The notes beneath the pieces are model-generated. The model made no database searches, was not told the origin of the DNA, and worked only from the letters and a program-made list of their open reading frames with translations. A stretch of 64,000 nt of DNA, from positions 1,344,001-1,408,000 of the forward strand of contig CAVWHX010000004.1 of assembly GCA_963754925.1 (NCBI GenBank). Direction: 5' to 3'. The translations under genes were made by a program, and so were the position numbers. The DNA is from an uncultured delta proteobacterium. GTDB taxonomy: Bacteria > Myxococcota > B64-G9. Each line of letters opens with the position of its first letter. The first letter of the stretch is position 1. This document shows positions 20,495-29,661 of the stretch, piece by piece.

Positions 20495-21193
20495 ATGATG
20501 AAAGACCGAAAGATTGGTTCTCTGTTAGCCGTGTTGTTGGTGAGCGCAGCGCTTCTTTCTGCCTGCGGTAAGATCAACCTTCCCACGTTGTTGGTATTGG
20601 ATCCGGCGGCGTCAAATACTATGAGTATCACTCTCCCGACATCCCTTGGTAGCGGGACGGTGGTAAGCAATCTCGTCGGTAACGTGGAGACGACCGTTAC
20701 CCTCGATACCTCCAAATTGATAGCGCCCCAGGGTATAGCCGCGACGGTCACCGTGAACAGTTTCGCCACGGCAGGTAGCGCCATAATGCTTGGCTCTATC
20801 TCGAGCGGCACGCTGTGCACGTCCATAGCGACAGGCGCAACAGCGGGCGGCGTCGCCTACCTGCGGCCCTTGATCTTCAAGGATGCCACCTTCGAACTTA
20901 CCATCCCCACGGATACAACGTCCGCAAGCGCGATAGTGAATAAACTCATCCCGCCCATTCCCCTGACGCTCAACCTCGATGCCAAGGTCAGCCTCGACCT
21001 CATGGGTTTGATCAATCTCGCGCTCGAGGGGACTGGACTGAACATGCATCAGGTGCTCAACCTGACAATTCCGTCCACTATCCCACTTCTCGGCGGGTCC
21101 GCAGTGGTATTGGATACGACACTCAAGAGCACCAAGACGGCGGTTACCGACCCGATGCTCGACGCGTGCGCGGCTGCTCTGGCGGGAAGCTAA
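20495..21193 (+). CDS. Hypothetical lipoprotein
   Basis: Basic N-terminus, hydrophobic stretch, lipobox LSAC; GGAGG RBS; beta-rich Thr/Leu composition. Confidence 0.7.
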   Translation: MMKDRKIGSLLAVLLVSAALLSACGKINLPTLLVLDPAASNTMSITLPTSLGSGTVVSNLVGNVETTVTLDTSKLIAPQGIAATVTVNSFATAGSAIMLGSISSGTLCTSIATGATAGGVAYLRPLIFKDATFELTIPTDTTSASAIVNKLIPPIPLTLNLDAKVSLDLMGLINLALEGTGLNMHQVLNLTIPSTIPLLGGSAVVLDTTLKSTKTAVTDPMLDACAAALAGS

Positions 21194-21218
21194 ATCCCGT
21201 AGTAGCAGAATCCATCCA

Positions 21219-22115
21219 TCATACCGTTAATAGGTTCCCTTTTCTCGTTATCAACCTGTCTATCACCAGTTCGTCGATAACCAATGCGACGGTGTCTTGC
21301 GGCTTATTCAGCATGATCGATAACCGCTTCACCGTGACGCCACGATGTGCGAGCAGGCTCCTCAGTACAAGGCCGCGGAGCTGACGCCGGGAACCCTTGA
21401 ACGACGTTTGCTTTTGGTGATGAGCACTTTTTCGCGAAGGATTGGGGTGTTTCCTCTTAAGCATGGCACCGTAATCCATGAGAGCGGAGAACCATTGTCT
21501 GGGGTTGCTCTGATCGAGCATGGCCTCCACCAGTTTAAGAATGTCTTGATCGTGAACCTTTTTTCTTGAATGAAAAAAGAAATGGATGAAGACCGCTCGT
21601 ATGTTTGTCTCTATAAAAACGACCGGTTTGTTGAAGGCAAACGCACAAATCGCGGCGGCCGTAGCTTTGCCGATGCCGGGAAGCCGTACGAGCTCTTCCG
21701 GTGTATCCGGGATCTTGCCGCCATAGGATTCAATGATCCTCACAGCCATCTCAAGCAGTTGCCGAGCGCGGCGGTTGTAGCCCATTCCCTGCCATGTCAT
21801 GAGAACATCACGCAACGACGACGCGGCGAGGGTCTTGACGGTAGGGAATGCACTGATAAATACCTCGAATTTCACGGCCACTCGATCCGTTTGGGTCTGC
21901 TGGAGCATCATTTCTGACACCAGAATGTGGTACGGATCGGTGGTTTGACGCCAAGGAAAATCGCGGCCATGCTTTTGATAATATTCGTATATAATATTTC
22001 TAAACTCTTGCCCCGAGTGTCGATTAGTACTATTTCGCTTTCCCGTGACATATCGTTTGCGGAAATTACACACAATGGCGGTATCGTCGTAGGAGTCATC
22101 ATATGTCTTTGACAT
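21219..22115 (-). CDS. mutY: A/G-specific adenine glycosylase, MutY-like (short form)
   Basis: RDFPWR.T.DPY.ILVSE.MLQQT, WQGMGYNRRA, HhH motif LPGIGKATA; start uncertain. Confidence 0.85.
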   Translation of the reverse strand: MSKTYDDSYDDTAIVCNFRKRYVTGKRNSTNRHSGQEFRNIIYEYYQKHGRDFPWRQTTDPYHILVSEMMLQQTQTDRVAVKFEVFISAFPTVKTLAASSLRDVLMTWQGMGYNRRARQLLEMAVRIIESYGGKIPDTPEELVRLPGIGKATAAAICAFAFNKPVVFIETNIRAVFIHFFFHSRKKVHDQDILKLVEAMLDQSNPRQWFSALMDYGAMLKRKHPNPSRKSAHHQKQTSFKGSRRQLRGLVLRSLLAHRGVTVKRLSIMLNKPQDTVALVIDELVIDRLITRKGNLLTV

Positions 22116-22209
22116 AGTTCTCGTATGACCTCACTAAATTGAAAGCATATTAGATTCCGCCATTATTTGAATGAGTAACATAAAGGAGACGATAAGTCCT
22201 TCAGAATAG

Positions 22210-22238
22210 TTGACGAGAGATGACTTATGGCCTACTTT
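22210..22238 (+). promoter_or_regulatory. Sigma70-type promoter of paralog 1
   Basis: TTGACG-N17-TACTTT; the GAATAGTTGAC context recurs before paralogs 3 and 4 (TTGACA at 24928 and 25674). Confidence 0.5.
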
Positions 22239-22332
22239 TTAAGATAGGTTCGATGGGGTGGTATGAAATCCGCAAGGGCGTACAGCGTGGGACGTCTTTT
22301 TGTACTACGATTGGTTAATCGGGGGATGTAAC

Positions 22333-22890
22333 GTGGCTGATCGAAAAGTAAAAGGCACAATGTTACTGGATCAAGTGAAGACGATCCGCGGTAATAAAAG
22401 CAGGGATTGGAGTAAATATCTTAAACCAGAAGATTGGGAAACAATAAATAAAAGAATTCTACCTTCCGAATGGTATCCTCTTGAACTGTACCGGCGATTG
22501 GGGTTAGCCACCTTTAATGTTCTTGGACAGGGAAACGTCGACATCGTGCGTCTGAGGGGACAGATACGGGGTAAAGAGTTATTTGAAACTATTTACAAGT
22601 CTTTGATCACTCCTCAGGATCCCATGACCACCCTCAGTCGGTTTGTCGTAGCATACGGCCAGCTTTTCAATTTCAGTTTACTCAAATTTGAGAACGCAGG
22701 CACGGGTCACGCAAAAATATTCCACGACTATAGCAGCAGCGATCCCGTAACAAAGCCGTATTGCTATAATCTTATGGGTCATTTAGAGGTCTTAGTTGAA
22801 ATGGCGGGCGGAAGGAATGTTAACGTTGAATTTAAAGCCAAACAATGGGAGGGAGCGGCGACAACCATCTTTGATATTAACTGGGAATAA
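22333..22890 (+). CDS. Hypothetical ~185 aa protein, tandem paralog 1 (possibly DUF2378/TIGR02265-like)
   Basis: GTG start; KVKGT, ILPSEWYP, C-terminal FDI.W; similar to three downstream copies. Confidence 0.8.
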   Translation: MADRKVKGTMLLDQVKTIRGNKSRDWSKYLKPEDWETINKRILPSEWYPLELYRRLGLATFNVLGQGNVDIVRLRGQIRGKELFETIYKSLITPQDPMTTLSRFVVAYGQLFNFSLLKFENAGTGHAKIFHDYSSSDPVTKPYCYNLMGHLEVLVEMAGGRNVNVEFKAKQWEGAATTIFDINWE

Positions 22891-23208
22891 CAAACAAAAC
22901 GGCCTTTACTATGTGACATACGTGTAATGAGTCTAACCCCGCTTCTCGTTTAAGAACACCCTGTTGAAAACCAATGGGGTGCGTGAACAAAGAGTGCGTC
23001 TACGTTGGGCATGCATCAAAGAGGGGTGCGCAATGGCCGAACGGAAAGTTAAAGGCACCATGGTAGTGGATCAAGTGAAGTTGATCCGCGGTAATAAAAG
23101 CATGAATTGGAGTAAATATCTTAAACCAGAAGATTGGGAAGCAATAAATAAAAGAATTCTTCCTTCCGAATGGTATCCCTGACGTGCCCCCGTTCATAGG
23201 ACCACTCT

Positions 23209-24120
23209 CTATGAGAGTTGTTCATGGTTAACCATCGTTCCTTTATCCATAGCAACACCAGTTTTCAGAGCGAAGGGAGCCGGAGGCGACCGAAGCTCTG
23301 AAAACTGTCGCGCGAACTCCGCCGGTGTCTCCTGTCCCAGCGAGCTGTGTGGCCGCACATGATTGTAATCCATCCGCCATGATTCGATTTTATTACGAGC
23401 ATCTTGTAGATTTATAAACCAATGTTGATTGAGACATTCATCTCGAAATTTGCCGTTGAAGCTTTCGATCAGGGCATTCTGCACCGGCTTGCCTGGCTCG
23501 ATAAAATGCAACTGCACCCCATGCCGGTACGCCCAGAGGTCCAGCGCACGACTCGTGAACTCCGGACCGTTATCCGTCACCATCGCTTCGGGATACCTAC
23601 CCCGTTCAGCGGCAATATCGTCCAAAATCCTGGCCACCCGGCTGCCGGAAATGGACGTGTCTACGGGTAAGGCAAGACTCTCTCGACTGAATTCATCCAG
23701 CACGCTCAACACCTTCAACCGTCGCCCATCTGAGAGACAATCAGATAGAAAATCCATCGACCATCGCTCGTTGAGTCCTTCCGGAAGACGCAGCGGCTGC
23801 CGCGCGATGCTCCGGTATCTCTTGCGCTGCTTCTTCCTCACGCTCAATCCCTCTTGCCGATACAGCCGATACACCCGCTTGTGATTCACCACATACCCTT
23901 CCCGCCGCAATAACACCTGCAACCGTCGATATCCGAAGCGTACCCGCTGCGCCGCAAGCTCTAAAAGACGCTCCCGCAACTGCGGATACAGTTGGCCTAC
24001 CGAACGGTACCGAAAGCTCGATCGCCCGATCCTCATCAGCCCGCAGGCGCGTCGTTCGCTCACCCCAAATTCCTCGCGGGCATGCACAACGGCCTGCTTT
24101 CGCGCTGCGGGCTTCACCAT
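23209..24120 (-). CDS. IS3 transposase OrfB (DDE integrase core)
   Basis: RFGYRRL, NHKRVYRLY, WSMDF, TDNGPEF, PGKPVQNA.IESFNGKFRDECLN, RPHSSLG. Confidence 0.95.
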   Translation of the reverse strand: MVKPAARKQAVVHAREEFGVSERRACGLMRIGRSSFRYRSVGQLYPQLRERLLELAAQRVRFGYRRLQVLLRREGYVVNHKRVYRLYRQEGLSVRKKQRKRYRSIARQPLRLPEGLNERWSMDFLSDCLSDGRRLKVLSVLDEFSRESLALPVDTSISGSRVARILDDIAAERGRYPEAMVTDNGPEFTSRALDLWAYRHGVQLHFIEPGKPVQNALIESFNGKFRDECLNQHWFINLQDARNKIESWRMDYNHVRPHSSLGQETPAEFARQFSELRSPPAPFALKTGVAMDKGTMVNHEQLS

Positions 24121-24380
24121 TTTCTTGAGTTGATATCCCTCAAGATCTGGTTGTCGAGAGTGAGATCGGCCACGGCACGCTTCAGCCTTCGGTTTTCTTC
24201 CTCAAGCTGCTTCAGCCGCCGCGCCTCGCTGACGTCCATCCCGCCGTACTTGGATTTCCAACGGTAGTACGTTTGTTCGCAGAAGCCATGTGTGCGACAG
24301 AGATCAGACAGCTTCACCCCCGCTTCGGCTTCTTTCAATATCCCGATGATCTTATCCTCAGAAAACCGTTTCCCTTTCAT
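24114..24380 (-). CDS. IS3 transposase OrfA
   Basis: RFSEDKIIGIL, CRTHG..EQTYYRWKSKYGG, LEEENRRLK. Confidence 0.95.
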   Translation of the reverse strand: MKGKRFSEDKIIGILKEAEAGVKLSDLCRTHGFCEQTYYRWKSKYGGMDVSEARRLKQLEEENRRLKRAVADLTLDNQILRDINSRKW

Positions 24381-25055
24381 TGAGCAAGCTCCTTTCCGGC
24401 ATTCTAGCCGAAGGAACTCTCATTGAAAATGGTCCAGTTTTCGGGGGGCACGTCATCCCCTCGAACTGTACCGGCGATGCGGGTTAGCCACCTTTAATGT
24501 TCTTGGACAGGGAAATGTCGACATCGTGCGTCTGAGGGGACAAATACGGGGTAGAGAGTTATTTGAAACTATTTACAAGCCGGTGATCACCCCCCAGGAC
24601 CCCATGACCTCTCTGAATCGGTTTGTCGTCGTATACGGCCAGCTTTTCAATTTCAGTTTCCTCAAATTTGAAAGCGCGGGCAAGAATCACGCAAAAATAT
24701 TCCACGAGTATGACCGCATCGATCCCGTAACCAAGCCGTATTGCTATCAACTTATGGGCCATTTAGACGTCTTAGTTGAAATAGCCGGGGGAAAGAATGT
24801 TAAAATTGAATTTTTAGCCAAAGAGTGGGAGGGGGCGCCGAAAACTATCTTTGATATTACCTGGGAATAACAAGCAAAACGGCCTTCGCGTTCTAACGTG
24901 CGTAGCCGACGTTACTCTCATGAATAGTTGACAGAATGTGATTTTTGAATGATGCTAATCGTACTTCTCGTATAAGAACACCCTGTTGAAAACCACAGGG
25001 GTGCCTGAACTATACAGTGCATTTTTGCTAAGCATGCATACAGGAGGAATGCACC

Positions 25056-25616
25056 ATGGTCGAACGGAAGGTTAAAGGCACCATGCTCGTGGAGCAAGTT
25101 AAGATGATCCGCGGAAACAAAGATGGAGACTGGAAAAAATATCTTAAACCAGAAGATTGGGAAATAATCAATAAAAGGATTCTTCCTTCCGAATGGTATC
25201 CATTTGAATTGTATAAAAGATGCGGTTGGGCGACCTTCCAGGTTCTTGGGCAAGGAAATCTCGACCTTGTGCGTTTGAGGGGGCGATTTCGGGGTAAAGA
25301 GTTATTTGAAAATGTTTATAAGTCGTGTATCATTTCTCAGGATCCCGCGGCAAGCCTTAGTCGTTTTGTTACCATCTATGCTCAACTTTTCAATTTCAGT
25401 ACCCTCAGATTTGAAAACGCAAGCAATAACCACATTAAAATATACCATGACCCCGAATATGTCAACGATCCTGCCATAATGCCGTATTGCTATAACCTTA
25501 TGGGTCATTTAGAGGTTTTAGTGGAAATGGCGGGCGGAAGGAATGTTAAAGTTGAGCTTAAAGGCAAGCACTGGGAGGGAGCGGCGACAACCATCTTTGA
25601 TATTAACTGGGAATAA
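25056..25616 (+). CDS. Hypothetical ~185 aa protein, tandem paralog 3
   Basis: Same motifs; AGGAGG RBS. Confidence 0.85.
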   Translation: MVERKVKGTMLVEQVKMIRGNKDGDWKKYLKPEDWEIINKRILPSEWYPFELYKRCGWATFQVLGQGNLDLVRLRGRFRGKELFENVYKSCIISQDPAASLSRFVTIYAQLFNFSTLRFENASNNHIKIYHDPEYVNDPAIMPYCYNLMGHLEVLVEMAGGRNVKVELKGKHWEGAATTIFDINWE

Positions 25617-25801
25617 CAAACGAAACGGCCTTCAGGTTCTGACGCGCGTGGCCGACGTTACTCTCATGAATAGTTGACATACGGTGATTTTTGAATGATG
25701 CTAATCTCAATTCTCGTTTAAGAACACCCTGGTGAAAACCACAGGGGTGCCTGACCTATAGAGTACATTTTTGCTGGGCATTCATACAAGAGGAATGCAC
25801 C

Positions 25802-26359
25802 ATGGTTGAACGGAAAGTTAAAGGCACCATGTTAGTAGATCAAGTGAAGGCCATCCGCGGTAATAAAGGCAGAGATTGGAGTAAATATCTTAAACCAGAA
25901 GATTGGGAAACCATAAATAAAAGAATTCTTCCTTCTGAATGGTATCCCCTTGAACTATACCGGCGATGCGGGTTAGCCACCTTTAATGTTCTTGGACAAG
26001 GGAATCTTGAGATCGCGCATCTGAGGGGACAAATACGGGGTAGAGAGTTATTTGAAACTATTTACAAGCCGGTGATCACCCCTCAGGACCCCGTGAGCAC
26101 CCTCAATCGGTTTGTCGTAGTATACAGTCAACTTTTCAATTTCAGTTTCCTCAAATTTGAAAACGCAGGCCCGCGTCACGTAAAAATATTTCACGAGTAT
26201 GACCGCACCGATCCGGTAACAGCGCCGTATTGCTATCAACTTATGGGTCATTTAGAGGTCTTAGTTGAAATAGCCGGGGGAAAGGATGTCAAAATTGAAT
26301 TTACGGCTAAGGAATGGGAGGGAGCGCCTCAGACAATCTTTGACATAACGTGGAAATAA
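25802..26359 (+). CDS. Hypothetical ~185 aa protein, tandem paralog 4
   Basis: Same motifs; GAGG RBS. Confidence 0.85.
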   Translation: MVERKVKGTMLVDQVKAIRGNKGRDWSKYLKPEDWETINKRILPSEWYPLELYRRCGLATFNVLGQGNLEIAHLRGQIRGRELFETIYKPVITPQDPVSTLNRFVVVYSQLFNFSFLKFENAGPRHVKIFHEYDRTDPVTAPYCYQLMGHLEVLVEIAGGKDVKIEFTAKEWEGAPQTIFDITWK

Positions 26360-26380
26360 ACCGCGAAGCGTAGTTAACGA

Positions 26381-26908
26381 TTATCCCGCTTTAACCGCCT
26401 TCTTCTTTGCAAGAGCCATAAGTAATTTCAGAATGCCGATGATACCGGCGATAAAAACGCCCCCGCCGATAAGTTCGACCCCTACAACCTGTATAAACGG
26501 AAAAGGTGTGGGTTCGGGCTTATTGGCCAACATTACCGTGGCTAATGCAGCACTGACTGTGAAAAACATAAAAGCGTAGTTGTTGAGCACGGCCGGAATG
26601 GTTTCTCCAAAGGCTACGATTGCGTAAATAAAAATGCATATAAAGAGTAATATTGATATCTCCTTGCCAATTACAGGGCCCAATGCCTGAATAAACAATT
26701 TAAGAAGAACAATACAGACGATCCCGAACAGGCTGCCGGCAAGTATAGGAATTATCTTTTTCACGTCCATATGCTCCATGAAAAAGAAAATCATGATCAT
26801 GAATGCCGGCCATCCGGGCAAGTTGAAATGGGTGAAAATAACTTCACCAACGACGATCAAGACGAGTAGAAAAAGGCCGAAAACTAAGCGTTGCGGATCT
26901 ACTTTCAT
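26381..26908 (-). CDS. Integral membrane protein of unknown function
   Basis: About six hydrophobic segments; GAGGAGG RBS. Confidence 0.7.
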   Translation of the reverse strand: MKVDPQRLVFGLFLLVLIVVGEVIFTHFNLPGWPAFMIMIFFFMEHMDVKKIIPILAGSLFGIVCIVLLKLFIQALGPVIGKEISILLFICIFIYAIVAFGETIPAVLNNYAFMFFTVSAALATVMLANKPEPTPFPFIQVVGVELIGGGVFIAGIIGILKLLMALAKKKAVKAG

Positions 26909-27073
26909 GTATACGTCCTCCTCGGATAAATGGGTAGGAACGCCAGTTAAGAGATGGTGAGCTCCTTTCTTCGTACACTACTCAGAGAGCCTCCCTTGGC
27001 AACAATGGTACGTCGTGTCATATACAAATGTGACATCCGCTCATGAATGTCAATTGATTTAATTAATCGCCTG

Positions 27074-28339
27074 GGCAAGCCCAGGTAGATCTGACACCAC
27101 CTCTTTCTGCTCTCAGGAGCATGGGGAGCAAGGGATTGGCAATGTTGAAGGGAAAGCTTCCTTGGGGGGCTAGCCCCCCAAGGAAGCCGCGGCAACAAAA
27201 AAGGAGATGAGGTCAGGACCAAAATCCTCTTGAATGAAGGTTTGCGAAGACTTTCATCACAAGGAGGTACGGCCCTGACCCCATTTAGTTATTACGCCAT
27301 GACCACCACGAAAGACCATAAATATTCGCTTCGCCTTCAGTTGGTGCAGTACGCCACGACCCACGGCATACGCCCCGCTGCGCGTGCCTTTGCTACCACC
27401 CCCAACACCGTACGGCGATGGCGTGCCCGCTTTGACGCCGGCGGTCGTACCTCACTCCAGGACCGCTCCCGGAGACCCAAGACCTGCCCCCACAAGACTT
27501 CCCGGTACCAAGAAGCGAAGATCCTCAACGCACGCAAGAAGGTTCCCTGCTTCGGACCGCGCCGCCTGCGCGACCTGTTTGGAATCACTGCTTCCTCTGG
27601 CGCCATCGCTCGCATCCTGCGCCAGCAAGGCTTATCGGGCCGCCGTCGCAAAAAGCGTCAGCGCAAAAACGACCTGCGGGCTATCAAAGCTAAATACAGA
27701 TGCTTCCAACGCCTCCAGGCCGATATGAAACCCCTCTTCGATATCCCCGCCTACTGGCCGCAGATGAAGAAACTCGGCCTCCCCAAACACCAGTACACCC
27801 ACCGTGATGTCAAAAGCGGTGCTCTCTTTATCTCTTACGCCGACGAGCTCTCCACCACCTACGCCACCATGACCTCCCGGCGCTTGCTGACCCACCTGAA
27901 AAAGCATCTCGTCAACCTCCGCCGTGCTATCTTGTCCACCGACAACGGCGTCGAATATGGTGGCCATGACAAGAACGAGCGGGAACGAGGCTTCCATGCC
28001 AAAATCCAGCAGGCCGGGATCATCCACCGCTTCCTGCCCCCTGCCACCCCAAACGCCCACGCCGATGTCGAGAGTTCCCATGCATCCATTGAACAGGAGT
28101 TCTTTGATCTCGAACCATTTACATCCAGACAGGACTTCTTCCAGAAGGTCTCTATCTACCAACACTGGTGGAACTTCGCCAGACCCAACTACTCCAAGAG
28201 CGCTAAAACACCCGCACAACTCTTGGAGGATGAAGGCCTTGACCCAAGCATCCTCTTGCTCCTACCCGTTGACCTTGAGGCCTGGTTCAGGACGACGACT
28301 TACTTTCCTCAGGTGGTGTCACATCTACCTGTTGACGCC
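27074..28339 (+). mobile_element. IS481-like insertion sequence
   Basis: IRs GGC-N5-CAGGTAGATsTGACACCACCT (27074-27102 / 28311-28339); flanking direct repeat TTTAATTAATCGCCTG at 27058-27073 and 28341-28356. Confidence 0.85.
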
Positions 28340-28345
28340 GTTTAA
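27275..28345 (+). CDS. IS481-like DDE transposase
   Basis: HTH (GIRPAARAFATTPNTVRRWRARF), L.DRSRRP..CP, QAD, TDNGVEY, NAHADVESSH; start uncertain (CTG 27275 after AGGAGG, or ATG 27299). Confidence 0.88.
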   Translation: MTPFSYYAMTTTKDHKYSLRLQLVQYATTHGIRPAARAFATTPNTVRRWRARFDAGGRTSLQDRSRRPKTCPHKTSRYQEAKILNARKKVPCFGPRRLRDLFGITASSGAIARILRQQGLSGRRRKKRQRKNDLRAIKAKYRCFQRLQADMKPLFDIPAYWPQMKKLGLPKHQYTHRDVKSGALFISYADELSTTYATMTSRRLLTHLKKHLVNLRRAILSTDNGVEYGGHDKNERERGFHAKIQQAGIIHRFLPPATPNAHADVESSHASIEQEFFDLEPFTSRQDFFQKVSIYQHWWNFARPNYSKSAKTPAQLLEDEGLDPSILLLLPVDLEAWFRTTTYFPQVVSHLPVDAV

Positions 28346-28487
28346 TTAATCGCCTGATTTGAGTTTCCCATAACATACTCTATCGCGGGTTGTTCATTAC
28401 CTCACCATTGAGGACCGGTACGTTGACACTGCTGGAAATCACGAATAAAGTTATCGCATTGAAACACGGTGAGGAGCCATAGCAACC

Positions 28488-29480
28488 ATGTCCCAAACCA
28501 CGCCTTCTATCACGGTGGAGTACCTGCACGGTGTCCACCTGGTCGATAGTGTTCTGTGGTTTGATGCCCCCCGCCAGGCTGACTTGTGTTTTGTTTCTCA
28601 TGCACACCTGGGTCTTTCCATAGCCCACAAAAAAGTGCTGACGACGCCCCAGACCGCCGCGTTGGTCCACGAAAAGTTTGATCCGGCGCGGGCCTTGCTG
28701 GCGCCGTTTTGGAGACGGTTTGTCCTGGGGGAATTGGAGTTAGAGCTTTTCCCGGCTGGACATATCCTTGGCTCGGCGCAGATACGAGTCACTCGGACCG
28801 GTGAGCGGCTCGTTTACACCGGTCACTTTAATCTCAGCCCCAAGCGAACGACGGAAAACGCCTCGGTGCTCGACTGTGAAGTCTTGGTGGTTCCGGTGGT
28901 GTATGGCCGCGAGCACCATGTGTTTCCGCCGCGCCATGAGGTCGAGGCAGCTATCGTGGAATTCGTCAGGCACAGCTTGGCGGACGGAGCGGCGCCTGTG
29001 TTGCTTGCTTCACCGTTGGGCAACGCCCTTGAGCTGGTGAACGTGCTCGACGAGTACGGGTTTGTGATGCGCGCGCATCGGACCATCGTATTTGCCTGTC
29101 GACGCGCTCAAAAATTAGGGGTGAGCCTACCGCAGCTCAAACGTTTTGACGGGTCAGCTCATCCGGGCGAGGTTATTTTGTTACCACCCTCGGTTGCTCG
29201 GCATCGAACGCTTCGGCAGGTGCCAACTGCTCGGTTGGCATTAGTATCTGGCCGCGCCGTGGAACCCGGTTATGCCGAGCGTTTGGGCGTTGATCGAGCC
29301 TACCCTCTGTCAAGTCACGCCGATAGAAATGCGGTCATACGGTACATACGGGAGTCCAACGCACGGAGGATCTTCCTTATGGGAGCGGACGCAGATCTGC
29401 TTGCGGGCGATTTGCGATCAAAGCGGATAGCCGCGTGGCCGTTGTTGCTGCCGAAACAATTAGATTTCTTTAGATCGTAA
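28488..29480 (+). CDS. MBL-fold beta-CASP nuclease-like protein
   Basis: FVSHAH, PAGHILGSAQ, LVYTGH, LSSHAD; metal motifs partly degenerate. Confidence 0.75.
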   Translation: MSQTTPSITVEYLHGVHLVDSVLWFDAPRQADLCFVSHAHLGLSIAHKKVLTTPQTAALVHEKFDPARALLAPFWRRFVLGELELELFPAGHILGSAQIRVTRTGERLVYTGHFNLSPKRTTENASVLDCEVLVVPVVYGREHHVFPPRHEVEAAIVEFVRHSLADGAAPVLLASPLGNALELVNVLDEYGFVMRAHRTIVFACRRAQKLGVSLPQLKRFDGSAHPGEVILLPPSVARHRTLRQVPTARLALVSGRAVEPGYAERLGVDRAYPLSSHADRNAVIRYIRESNARRIFLMGADADLLAGDLRSKRIAAWPLLLPKQLDFFRS

Positions 29481-29661
29481 CTTAAAGCGTTTTTCTGGCA
29501 TCCGGCGACATGTTTTCGATACTATTGGAGGGTGCAGGGTGCCCTCTCAAGGAGGGACAAGACCTTTTAATGGGGATTTAAAGGGTCTGACAGACCGCTG
29601 GCGGGATCCATACGTCTTTAGAAGGGGGTTCCCGTCGGGCGGCTTACGCGATGCCGGAGCC

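Larger units (their letters stand above)
23180..24455 (-). mobile_element. IS3-family insertion sequence (IS407-group-like), 1276 bp
   Basis: Terminal IRs TGACGTGCCCCC...GGACCA at both ends (TG...CA); 4-bp target duplication TCCC at 23176-23179 and 24456-24459. Confidence 0.95.
23033..24870 (+). pseudogene. Tandem paralog 2, interrupted by IS3 at the WYP|LEL junction
   Basis: 5' part 23033-23179 and 3' part 24460-24870 rejoin in frame once the IS and one TCCC copy are removed. Confidence 0.92.

Noticed and set aside
24965..25003. CTCGTATAA as the start of a purine riboswitch
   Set aside because: Downstream conserved elements (ATATGG, GTTTCTACC, CCGTAAA) are absent
22891..25801. Repeated intergenic blocks as a CRISPR array or integron attC cassettes
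   Set aside because: The repeats separate paralogous genes rather than unique spacers or unrelated cassettes; no cas or integron integrase gene; no clear attC core sites
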